This document shows, one piece after another, positions 21,152 through 33,018 of a stretch of DNA of 64,000 nt. The notes below the pieces were generated by a model. The model was not told where the DNA came from, did no database searches, and saw only the letters and a list, made by a program, of their open reading frames with translations. The DNA comes from Octopus vulgaris (taxonomy: Eukaryota), in assembly GCA_951406725.2 (NCBI GenBank), contig OX597814.1, positions 121,396,001 through 121,460,000 of the forward strand, written 5' to 3'. Made by a program: the position numbers and the translations under genes. Positions within the stretch are counted from its first letter, which is position 1; the number at the start of each line of letters is the position of its first letter.

Positions 21152-21223
21152 CTAGATCTCCGTCTGGTAACCGTCTGTGTACCCATCAAAAGTTATCATC
21201 TGGTTAGGTGCTGTGTACGTGTA
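21152..21223 (-). CDS. Terminal coding exon of the same gene, YTYTAPNQMITFDGYTDGYQTEI*, ending in a class I PDZ-binding motif
   Basis: Strong acceptor ttttttgttttgttttatcttttctag| at 21224. Phase 0 gives 23 codons then TAG (21154-21152); the other two frames stop within 9 codons. The C-terminal T-E-I fits S/T-x-hydrophobic. Confidence 0.78.
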   Translation of the reverse strand, partial: YTYTAPNQMITFDGYTDGYQTEI

Positions 21224-22047
21224 CTAGAAAAGATAAAACAAAACAAAAAAGTTTATGAGTGATTTATATATCGGTTGAGCCGACGAGAGAACCTGTACGC
21301 GATCACTCGATTTGCTAGAAATAGCAACGAAATCCTTTCTCAACACTCACGGCTTAATTAAACTACAATGTCATATCAAGCTTACAAGATGTGATAGTTA
21401 CGAGTAGAATATCTTTGATTACGAGTCTAATTAACAAGGGCTAACATGTGAGTAAATTACACTACATGTTGCTTATTAGAAGCCCAATTGTTTTATTTCA
21501 GTTTTTTTTATTCTAATTAAGAATAAAATTTCAAATTTACTGAGTGTTTTTTTCAAATCATATGACGCTAGTGTGTATTTTCCAAAAGCTTTAATAGTAG
21601 TACACTAACAGGGAACTAGTATTAGAAGAATAATAATAACTTTATATATCTAAATGGTACTATTGATTTAAGATAGAAATTAAAATATTGCCTGATAGTC
21701 AGGAAAGTTATTTGGCGTCATTAAACTCAAAGGATTCTCGTATGTTAATGATAGCAATCAGCGATATGCAAATATTCGACAGTCAAGAAATAAGAACAGT
21801 TCGTACGTGAGAGAGAAACAGAAAGAGAAGTGTGGGAGGAAATACTTTGGGGTAAAAAGAATAATAAGCACGGAACTACAAACAAAGATCATTGTCTTAA
21901 AAACTAGAGTCAAGAATGAATCCTGCTTTCCGTAAAATAGTTTTGGTTGGCGAATGAGATACTAATGCGAAAAGCTATTTTCTGAACTTATTATATTATA
22001 CTAAATCTTGAAATTTTGATAACATTTCTATCATCCCAGCTATTTCT

Positions 22048-22274
22048 TATTTCTTTATTGCCCACAAGGGGCTAAACATAGTGGGAACAAACAAGGACAG
22101 ACAAAGGGATTAAGTCGATTACATCGACCCCAGTGCGTAACTGGTACTTAATTTATCGACTCCGAAAGGATGAAAGGCAAAATCGACCTCGGCAGAATTT
22201 CAACTTAGAACGTGATGGCAGACGAAATACCGCCAAGCATTTCGCCCGGCGTTTTAACGTTTCTGCCACCTCAC
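22048..22274 (-). mobile_element. tRNA-derived SINE family A with 16-bp TSD
   Basis: Same family. TSD catcccagcta(t/c)ttct at 22032-22047 and 22275-22290. Confidence 0.92.
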
Positions 22275-22484
22275 CATCCCAGCTACTTCTGTAACAATCA
22301 TAATTTCTGCTAGCGTGCGCCAAAGGACTTATGCGCAAGAAAATTAGTTGCCGTACAACAATTCATTTATTACAGAAATTTATGTAAGGACGATGTTAAC
22401 TTCGTGTATATATATATTACTAGAGAAGAGAAGTACTTTTCATATAAACTTATAAATTGTTTTATTTTATATTACAACAAAATT

Positions 22485-22640
22485 CTTAGCTGCACTGCTT
22501 CCGTCTTTTCGTACTAAGTTCAAATCCTGCCGAGCTCGATTTTGCATTTCATCCCCAGTTGAGTACTGTGGTCAATGTAATCGATTTATTCCTCCCCGGA
22601 AAATGCTAGCCTTGTGCCAAAATATTTGAAATCAATATTA
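22485..22640 (+). mobile_element. Decayed older SINE copy, inverted relative to the 22048 copy
   Basis: aagttcaaatcctgccgagctcgattttgcatttcatcc...gtaatcgatt...ccttgtgccaaaa matches the old-subfamily body. Confidence 0.65.
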
Positions 22641-23021
22641 CAACGCTCTCTCAATTCCCATGTTATTGTCTTAAATACTAAAATTACTCAGGATATTGTA
22701 TCTCTAACAAAAAGGAAGACTCCCGTGCTTGGAAAAACCTTTCATCATTCGTTTGCTCGACCGCGGCTGACTTGAGCTACCACACGAACAAATTCTTTCT
22801 TGATAAATTAACCAGGAAATGCAACAGAAAGAAAATTGCAATATTAATATGATATATACAATAACATATTATTGATATTAATTCATTAGCGAAATTTCCA
22901 AATTAATATGTATAATTTCAATTTTTGCATATAAGAATTGAATTTTATTTATCAGGCAAATAAAATTCTTGAATATTATTAATCGTTTCAATATATAATT
23001 TACATAGGAAATGCATTTGTT

Positions 23022-23295
<274 letters not shown>

Positions 23296-23329
23296 CCATA
23301 ACCTTCTTAACGACAATGTATAAAATACT

Positions 23330-24108
23330 AACATCTAACTTGACTGAATATGCCTAAATTCTTTTTAATAGAAAGTGGCAATACTTTCGTCATACCGGTC
23401 GTGACTTACAGCTTCAAAATCATTAACTCGTCAATTACTGAAATATGTAATCTCGACAGAAAAATACGAATATTGTTGACAATGCATATAATGCACCACC
23501 CTAAGGAAGATATGGAACGACTTCTTCTGCCAAGAAAAGTGAATGGCCATGGACTTTTACAACTGGAATTAACTAAGAAGATTGCCACAATTGACATAAA
23601 CACCTACCTGAAAGACTCTGATGACTGGATGTTAAAACTTTCTTAAAGCACGGAAACAAGTAAACATCATACTTAGTAACAAATCAGGCAAAGGAAAATC
23701 TAAATAAATTCTTAATACAACAAATGTCAAAACACGCACAGAAAAACGCTAAGCGTATGTAAACCCTTGCTAAAACTGCTACCTTACATATTCTTACTGA
23801 TAAATGACAAGAAAAACCTCTCAATGGCAAATACCCAAAGAGCACTAATAATACCGACGTTGACAAAGCCCTTATTCCACAATGTTTACTGTCTCCTGGC
23901 TTAAAATCATAAACAGAGGTGTTTATCATAGCAGCCCAAGATCAAAGTCAACCTACAAAGAGTTACTAGGCCAACATATTAAAGAACGGCCGTAACCCAT
24001 CATGTCGTGTATGTAAACAGCAAAAACGAAAACATTGATCATGTTGTCTCCAAGTGCAGTCATCTGGCGCCTACAGAGTATCTCAACAGGCATGATAGAG
24101 CAGTGCAT
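23330..24108 (+). mobile_element. Decayed R4/Dong-like LINE fragment (post-RT region to CCHC/RHD)
   Basis: NTFVIPVVTYSF...LDRKIR...MHHPKEDMERLLLPRKVNGHGL, then AAQDQ, CRVC and EYLNRHD. It is a diverged paralogue of 26540-27270, with stops and frameshifts. Confidence 0.85.
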
Positions 24109-24214
24109 TGATGGAATGCCATCGTCAATTTTATCAACTTTGTAATTGGCGAAAAGAAAAAGAGAGAGAAAAAGGAAAGAAAAAGGAAATAGACAAAGGA
24201 AAATATTTAATCAA

Positions 24215-24750
24215 ATAGTTTTGTGTAAATTTGATGATATTCGCCTGTCGTTTTATTCTTTCCTCCAGTGCATGATGTTAATTATCTGCAAACATTTTTC
24301 TCCTCATGCATTTTGAGTATTCAATGTGTAGGAGATTCAGTATATTTTCTGAGAATATGCACTTACAAGTCTATTTCAAAATTGTTGCCGTTTGAAGCAA
24401 AATGTTAACCAAGTTCTGTCAATCTACTGTTATTGTGCCCGACGTCATATCTGTGCCCGACGTCATATATGTGCCCATTAAATCGTTTGTTTAATTGTTG
24501 TGTTGTACAACCAACATAAATCAAGTTGTGTTTCGTGCATTCTGCCGCGTACACCAAATGAGAAGCTGTACATGGCCCACATTCTGTATAAATCATAACA
24601 TTTCTTTTATGATACCTGATGGAGTTCACTTGGCTCTTGTTGTTGCACAATGAACAGCGCTCACCTCTCTTGCGGCTGTTTTTCAAGATACAGCGTGCAG
24701 ATAATCCAACGTTAGTTTTCTTGGAGTCAGAAATAGAGTTCAATAGAGCT
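24215..24750 (-). mobile_element. Penelope-like element GIY-YIG endonuclease remnant
   Basis: ORF 24405-24743 contains CSLC...C...LVYAAECTKHNLIYVGCTTQQLNKRFNGH...ELG*HF, the GIY-YIG layout of Penelope-like elements. Confidence 0.8.
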
Positions 24751-24799
24751 TTTATAAATTATGAACTGAATTATGAACTAAATTATGAACTGAATTACA

Positions 24800-27700
24800 T
24801 ATTGACGAAATTAAACATTCGGTAAGGGATAAAGGGAACGAAGTTGCAGCTAAAGAAGATACTACAGAGGAAATAATTATAGACCAACCTACGTCCAATG
24901 AAAATGCCGTAATGATAGAAACAATCAATGTAACTGATAAGCAACGTGAAATACTCTCTGAACCTACCATAGACACCAAGGCAAATGAAAATCAAATAGA
25001 TGAAGAAAGTCAAACACAAATTTATACAACTGAACAGCATGAACTAAATAAACAAATTATGATTGAATGGTTGAAAATTAAAGAAAACAGTATGGTGACG
25101 CTCTCCCAAAAATTCACAACTCTAATTAAACCTGAAGTAATTGGTAAAATTCGCCTTGCACTTAACGATATAATTTCAGCTAATGATATTGATATTACAG
25201 ATGTCAACCACCTGTACTGTGCAGCCACGAAAATCTCAATGATTCTATGTGTTGAAAAGATTAGAAAACGACAACATTCCCACAAAATGCCTACTTGGCA
25301 AGGGCGTATCCAACATTAAATTCAGCTACTTAGGTCTGACAAAGAACGTTTTAAAAAACCTTAAGTTTGACAAGACTATCAAACCTACAAAAAAATAATT
25401 GAAAATTGAAGAAAAATATATGAAAACCATACTTGACATCGATACCTCCATAGACACTATCAAACAAAAATATGTGCTAAATCTGCTCGCATAGCACGGT
25501 ATGAAAAGCGCGTTAGATTCTTCAAGGACAACATGTTCAAAAATAACCCAAAACATTTTTACAGGATGATAGGGAAATTACCAGTTACGGTAAAATCTGA
25601 AGGGCAGTAATTTTGGAATAAAATTTGGACAGGATTAAATAAAATACATAATAAAAAAAGCCCCTTGGATTGATAGAATATCTACTGACTTAGACTTCTT
25701 AGAAGATCTAAAGTGGAGGAGTACTAAGGTAGAGGATCTAAGATCTGCTCGCAGGAAATCAAGCATATTGATGTCTCAAGAAAAGTTTCAAGAACATTTT
25801 TAACTTCTAGTTGAATGCCTTCCCAGAGAATGATGAACTGCTAAAATCACTTTACAATAATGTTTTGCAACAAGCAAGTATGATTCCCTCTTGGCTACTT
25901 AATGGTGTTTATGGTTATAAATATCAGTTACTAATCAATAAGATGATCATGGAAGATTGCCACAAACGACACAAAAACTTATCGATAGCCTGGGTAGACT
26001 AAAAAATAAAGCTCTTGATAATCTACCACATAGCTCGATTAAGAAATACCTGGAAATGTATAGAATAACACCTACTCTGGAGATGTGAGTATTTTATGTA
26101 GCATTTTCCAGGGTGACTCTCTATCACCGCTCCTCTTTTGTCTAGCCGTAACACTTCTCTGCTCGATGATGTACAATATAAATCATCTTTTTTACATGGA
26201 TGATTTCAAGCTCTTTGCAAAAAATTACCAACAGCTACAGGGCTTACTAGCAATTGTTAAATAATTCAGTGATGATATCAAGATGCAATTTGGCCCCGAT
26301 AAATGTTCAAAAGCTATCTTTATCAGAGGAAAAATGACAGAAATATCCAACGTTAATCTCGGCCAGCACAATGTTATAAAGGAGTTAGAACCAACAGAGA
26401 GCGACAAATACCTACGGGTATCAGAACGTAATGGAATCAAACATTCAATGATAAGGAAAAAGATCAGAAGAGAATATTATCGCAAGGTAAGGGCAATACT
26501 AAAGACAGAGCTGAATGCAAGAAACAGGATATAAGCAATCAATAGTTTCGTCATACCGGTCGTGACTTACAGTTTCAAAATTATTAAATCGTCAAATACT
26601 AAAATATGTAATCTCGACAGAAAAATACGAAAATTGTTGACAATGCATAGAAGTCACTACCCTAAGGAAGGTATAGAACGATTTTACCTGCCAATAAAAG
26701 AGGATGGCCGTGGATTCTTTTACAACTGGAATTAACAATAAGATTGCCACAATTGGCCTAAACATCTACCTGAAAAACTTTGATGGCTGGATGTTAAAAC
26801 TTTCTTAAGGCACGGAAACAAGAAAGCATCATACTAAGTAACAAAACAGGCAAAGGAATATCTAAATGAAATCTAAATACAACACATCGCGGAATTAGAT
26901 GTGCTGGAAACAAGCACAGGAAACGCTAAGCGTATGAACACCCGTGCTAAAATTGCTGCCTTAGATATTCTTACTGATAAATGACAAGAAAAATCTTTCA
27001 ACGGCAAATACCCTAAGAGAGCTAATAAAGGAAAGCCCTTGCCTAACAATGGTTAGTGTTTTCTAGCTTAAAATCGGAAACAGAAGTGTTTATCAAAGCA
27101 GCCCATGATCAATGTCTACCTACAAGGAACTACCAAGCCAGCATATTAAAGAACGGCAGTAGCCCAGCATGTCGTGTATGTAAACAACAAAATGAATTCA
27201 TTGATCATGTTGTCTCCATGTGCAGTCATCTTGCGCCTACAGAGTATCTCAACAGGCACGATAGAACTGCACAATATATTCACTGGGTAAACTGCAAAAG
27301 CCTGAACCTGTCCCATATTAAAGACTGTTGGGAACTCAAACCAGCTGCAGTGCTTGAAAATGATCACATCTCACTCCTCTGGAATTTCACCATTCAAACT
27401 AACAGAAAGACAGATGCGAATAGGTCAGACATTTTGTTGAAAGACTTCAGACCAAAATCATGCCTTCTCGTTGATATGACTGTGCCAGTCGACATAAATG
27501 TACGTCAAGACCAACGGAAAACTGAGCAAGTATAAAGATCTTGAAATAGAAATTAGCAAAATGTGGAACCTGAAGCCTAAAATGATACCTGTTGTCATAG
27601 GTGCCCTAGGAATGATAGCAAAAGGGACTGATTCCTACCTAGCTCAGATACAAGGAAACCCCAAAATGGCAGATATTCAAAAGATAGTTCTCATGGGAAC

Positions 27701-27930
27701 TGCCTAAGTCCTACGTAAAATACTGTCTATGTAATCTAAAATTTTAAAACAAACTTATGATTTTCTTGTTTTCTTAAACATTCTCTAGAACAATACTATG
27801 TGCAAAACCAAATATATGAATATGACACCCTAGGCATAACACCAACTTGAACTTCAAACTTGTCTCTTGAGGTTCTTAGGAGAGACTTGGTGTTAACTTG
27901 TACAAATGCAACGCAAAGGTCAAATATATA
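24800..27930 (+). mobile_element. Degenerate R4/Dong-like non-LTR retrotransposon (RT + CCHC + restriction-like endonuclease) with internal deletions
   Basis: GYKYQLLINKMI...NLSIAWVD; IFQGDSLSPLLFCLA (~26103); NH..YMDDFKLFAK (~26195); FGPDKC; CRVCKQQNEFIDHVVSMC; RHD; NRSDILLKD..LVDMTVP; KLSKYKDL; IPVVIGALG; VLRKILSM* (27733). A 3' UTR ends in a short TAA tail. Many stops and frameshifts. Confidence 0.92.
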
Positions 27931-27941
27931 ATAATAACAAT

Positions 27942-28150
27942 AGTTTCAAACTTTGGCAGAAGGCCAGCAATTTTGGGAGAGGGGCTAGACTAGATTGACC
28001 CCATTGTTCAACTGGTACTTATTATATCCACCCCGAAAGGATGAAAAGTGAAGTCGACCTCAGCGGAATTTGAACTCAGAACGTAAAAATGGATGAAATG
28101 CCTCTAAGACCTTGGTCTGGTTTACTAATTATTCTTCCAGCTCGCCACCT
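27942..28150 (-). mobile_element. Old-subfamily tRNA-SINE inserted in the LINE's TAA tail
   Basis: ggcagaaggcc...ggtacttattatatccaccccgaaaggatgaaaagtgaagtcgacctc...ccagctcgccacc followed by (AAT)n. Confidence 0.85.
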
Positions 28151-28173
28151 TAATAATAATAATAATAATAATG

Positions 28174-28222
<49 letters not shown>

Positions 28223-28224
<2 letters not shown>

Positions 28225-28342
28225 CGCAGAACACTTTCCATACAATAACCATCAGAGCATCACAACAAATCACAGCACATACCCAAGGCAGACAGAGCTG
28301 CGCTCGGTAGTGAAGTGAAAGCACGCTATAAAAATAAAACTA

Positions 28343-28345
<3 letters not shown>
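28223..28345 (+). mobile_element. Extremely 5'-truncated 3' end of a second R4/Dong-like family within (TAA)n
   Basis: Begins with codons RRTLSIQ* (compare LRKILSM* of the 24800-27930 element), followed by a ~95-nt UTR; (AAT)n lies on both sides. Confidence 0.65.
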
Positions 28346-28424
<79 letters not shown>

Positions 28425-28999
28425 TTTCTCACGGTTATAAAAGAGTAAGAGGAAAAGTTGTGACTTAAATGCCATTCAAGTTAATGTTAGCGATATGGAA
28501 GAAAAATCTCCATCTCCAGAAATCGAAATTGGTTTTATTTTATTTATTTATTTTTTACTCTATAGGGGTAATTACTACTTTCCCACACATTGTTTTGCGA
28601 TGAAACTGATTTCTCTACAACAGGGAGTTAGACATTTTTCCTAATACGATTGAGAAACTTATTCATATGCATGCTAATGTATGGAAATTACAGAGTTCAT
28701 TTGTACTTTCACAAAAATTGTTGGGAAAATAGTTTCTATTCACTATCACATCCGGTTTAAATACATTTTAATTAAACACTATTTCAAATTAATTTCCTAC
28801 ACACCGTAAGCTTTTTGTATCTTCTCTCTCTGCATGTGTGTATGTTTGTGCGCGTGTGTATGTGTGCGTTGAGTATTTATAGAAATATATTTGTGTAAAT
28901 GTCTGTAAATATATATGAGCACACACAAACACACACACACACACACACACATACACACATATATATATATATGTGAGTGTGTGTGTGTGTGCATCTATG

Positions 29000-30950
29000 T
29001 ATGTATGTACGTAGGTATGTATGGCTGTAAGAACAGGCTTAAGCCTTTGGTTGTCATTACTTCTCATTACTTGTCAGTTTCTCATTACTTCAAGGAATGT
29101 TTAGAAATTTTTAATTCACTCCCTACGCTTAATATTTATTGGGCTAGTACATTACACACTACTATTCTTGAAGATTTTTAAAAGAAATCATGCAGTTGGG
29201 CTTAATCTTGTCAATACGCTTTTGTATATCCTAGATTATGAATACTTCGTCATTCTAGTACACATTGTGTATTTCCTCTCTTATTATCTGTTGGTATTGC
29301 ATAACGCTGGAATAACTTCCAACGTACCAAAACTACGCCTCTGCCAAGTCTGTAGATTTACTATTTCTTTGTTAAGTACGTCAAGTATTTTGTCTCTTTT
29401 TGTGCATTCATGAGTATCTAGTTAGAAGGATTTGATATTGTGCTGAGTGTCAAAAACACTTCATTCCAAAGTTTTTACGCCTCTCTTCTCTGGAGTCATT
29501 AAAATTACGTTATTTTATTTCATCCATCTTTGTCTGTTTGAATACTGTTTATTTTTTTATGGTTGGGTACTACCCTTAGTTCTGCTCCTTTTATTACAGT
29601 AAGATCTAGTGTCATTTTAGTTTTAGTTTATTTATAGAGTGATTTACTTAGTTCTCCCTTCATGTGACAACAGTTATTTGGGCTATATGGTAGCCCAAAT
29701 TTTCTTTTGTTTTCATTTTGTTCATAAAAGACAACACATGGGTTTTCTTTTTGTTCATATTTTGAAGGTATCACTATTAGTTTTCTAATAACCAAATTTT
29801 TGCAGTCCAGTTTGCAGATTTATTACAATTTTCTAAAAGTATAAGGTTAATTTTTCTCTCTATTCATACTGTATATATTTTTCTCTGTCGGATTTTGGCA
29901 ATTCTTATTTTCCTAGTTTATTCTGTTGAATAAGCTAAATTCAACAGTCTGATCAGATTATTTAAACAAATAAATTCACATATAACGTGTTTAAAGTGTT
30001 TGCTTGTTATTGGGGATACAATACAGGCGAATAAGGATTCCAGGATCTATGCATACGGAACACTGACTAGAGACCTTTCGTAATTAATCTATTTCATGTT
30101 CATATTTATTTATCCTAGTCTTCGAGTAAAGATTTATTGATAAATAGATGATCTTTATATCCTTTCAACCTGTGGGAAAAGGGCATCCTTTTCAAATGTT
30201 TACTTTTTTTCTGCGACAGTACTGCAGTTTTGGTATTAAGTCTGTATGAACGCAACTTACGTTTCTGTAATTTTTAGAGTTTGCTGTATCCTTACTGCCA
30301 CGAATTAAGAGGCTTTCCCTTAAGTTATCCAGTTAATGGTTGTCACCGTGTTTTAAACACCCTCTTTCAACAACTCTTAAAACATCTTATGTGTTATTAA
30401 AAATATTTTTTAAAAACGGGTTTGGTATCATATGACTTGGGGAATACTATACAGGCAAATAAAGATTCCAGGATCTATGCATACGGAACACTGACTTGAG
30501 ACTTTTCGTAATTAATCTATTTCATGTTAAAAATATATTTTAAAAACGGGTTTGGTATCATATGACTTAGTTCTATCATTTTTTTTTATTTGCAGTCTGA
30601 GTTACACTTTGTGTATGATATCCCCTGCCGTGATAGTCTAGATGCTCTGTCCGTTGTATTGAGCAATTCACCTCCACATACATCACTTGCTGGTGACGCC
30701 GCATTGATTTCTTTATTGTTTTGAACTCATTCTTGATGAAATGTTTTTTTAGGTTAGAATAGAACTCTTTGTTTTGATCAAAGAATCGTCGACGCTTTTC
30801 AAACTATCTGATTCTTGGTATTTTAGTGAGCTTCACTTGTTTCAAGCCATCATTGATAACGGATACCTTTTCTTTTTCGTTTGTTATCTTCTGTTTCTAT
30901 AGCTTTTGATTCGTTTTCCAGTCGTGTTGTTGATATTATTAAGGATTGCG
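29000..30950 (-). mobile_element. Ancient R4/Dong-like RT remnant
   Basis: The minus strand reads WIT*GKASLI..SKDTANSKNYR..C / GYKDHLFINKSLLED / *INYERSLVSVPYA*ILESL, the decayed equivalents of NYRPITCL, GCKDQLLINK and WIDYKKAFDSVPH. Boundaries are approximate. Confidence 0.65.
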
Positions 30951-31029
30951 GAAATATTTTTTCTCTTGTCTATTTTCTTTAGACTTTGTTTTCCATGTTG
31001 TTTGCTTGGGTTTTGATATTTTTATAGTA

Positions 31030-31046
31030 TCATTATTATTATTACA

Positions 31047-31106
<60 letters not shown>

Positions 31107-31446
31107 GTTGTTGTTGTTGTTGTTCTTCTTCTTCTTCTTCTTCTTCTTCTTCTTCTTCTTCTTCTTCTTCTTCTTGTTTTTATTATTGTTGTTGGTATTA
31201 TTATTATTATTGTTGTTGTTGTTTTTGTTGTTGGTGGTGTTGTTCTTAGTGGTGTTGTTGATGGTGGTGGTGGTCGTCGTTGAGGTCGTTGTGATCGTCG
31301 TGGTTTTGTACTTGTTGGTCGTTGTAGTGGTCGCGGCGGTGGTAGTGTTGGTGGTGTTGGACGTCTTATTTTCTTATTGCTATTGTTATCATCATCATCA
31401 CCATCATCATCATCATAATCATCATCATAATCATCATCATTACCAT
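31030..31446. repeat. Compound (TTA)/(TTG)/(TTC)/(GTG)/(CAT) microsatellite
   Basis: Directly visible. Confidence 0.95.
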
Positions 31447-31989
31447 TAATATATTTTTTTATTATCAGCACTTGTATCTTATTCATGTTTCTTGCCAATT
31501 TGTCAATTTTTTCAGTAGCCGTGTTATGATAACCATCCAACTATTGTTGATACGCCATCTCTTGATCACCGATCCGAAAAACACTTAAATTAATGGCCAA
31601 GTAGTCAACACTACTATTATATCATAAAAAAAAAGTACCTACTCTGTTTGACAAATTCGTCTACTTTTGTAAGGATCATTATTTTTTTTACATAATTAGC
31701 ATTGTAGTCAAGTTAATGGGTTTAAGTCAGAATTTCTTGAGGGAACTTTTGGGAATAAGAACACATGATCCCGCGTTATGCAGTGCTATGTGATATGGAG
31801 TTCCTCCGTAGACCGGAATCATGAGGTAGTCTGCCGCTAAAACAATTACTTTCATTTGGGTAGAGAATCACTTTTTATCTGGTTCCGAAGCTGGAATTGA
31901 TTCTTGGTTGTCTTACGTGGAGATGTGTTTTTAAGCAATCAAAACCTCATTTCAGCCTGAAGAGAATTTCATCACCCTTCTGGCAAATA

Positions 31990-32135
31990 ACCCATTTTAC
32001 AAGGTCAATTGTTCATAGTTCCTCGCAAATCTCCCATTCACTCGAGATATTTTCTTGTCTGTGTGTTGCATGTTTCTTGGTCTGTTTTAGAATTTGAAGG
32101 AGTAGGTATATTGAAATTTTGTATTTTGTTTCATT
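31990..32135 (-). repeat. Dispersed repeat fragment related to 36690-36800
   Basis: tagttcctcgcaaatctcccattcactcgagatattttcttgtctgtgtgttgcatgtttcttg versus tagttcctcggaaatctcccattccctcgagatattttgtcgtctgtatgttgtacgtttcttg. Confidence 0.7.
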
Positions 32136-32417
32136 GTCAAAGCATATACTCTATCTTAATTATAATATTGCCTGCAAGTCACCCACTTATGATTTAAATA
32201 TATAAATTTCTTTAGGCTATGAATGTTTTGTATTGATTTTGTCAAATATGTCAACAACCTGGCTGATGACTGTCATAGAGGCAGAAACACATGAAGACAG
32301 CTGTTCTGTTATATCACTTCGTAAATCATCCTTTGACTTGGTTGTTCAAATTCATGCCACTGGTCGTATTTTCACTATATCTGTATGTCTGTCTGTCTGT
32401 GTTCGTGTGTGTGCGTG

Positions 32418-32450
<33 letters not shown>

Positions 32451-32819
32451 GTGTTTGAGTTTATGTGCGTCGGTGTGTGAGTGTATGTGCCTGTAAGTAT
32501 GAAGGTCTATATACGTTTTTTTCTTTTCTGTAGTTTCAGCTTAGAGCTGCGGCCATGCAGATGCATTGCTGCATATAAACAACTATTAATAGAATAACAC
32601 ACAAAAACACTGTGACACTCAGCTACCCAGTGTCTCCTGGCACGAATATTAAATTTATTTCGCCACTTTTCAACCTGACAAATTATCATATGTAAATATA
32701 GAGATTACCCCAGTGCAATGTAGAACATGTCCAATAGATCTGACTGCCAACATCATCTGTTACAGTTACAGTAAATGTAAGTAGTGAATCAATACAATAT
32801 GCTCATGCATATCTATCTC

Positions 32820-32890
<71 letters not shown>

Positions 32891-32891
32891 G

Positions 32892-33018
<127 letters not shown>

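Noticed and set aside
21272-21305. Possible editing-complementary sequence for the stop region (cggttgagccgacgagagaacc...gatc versus exon cggttaccagacggagatc...gatc)
   Set aside because: It needs several gaps and lies in an old dispersed repeat. It is not distinguishable from chance by eye; folding plus conservation would be needed.
31022-31540. 172-aa Pro/Thr/Arg-rich ORF
   Set aside because: It is the reverse strand of a compound triplet repeat.
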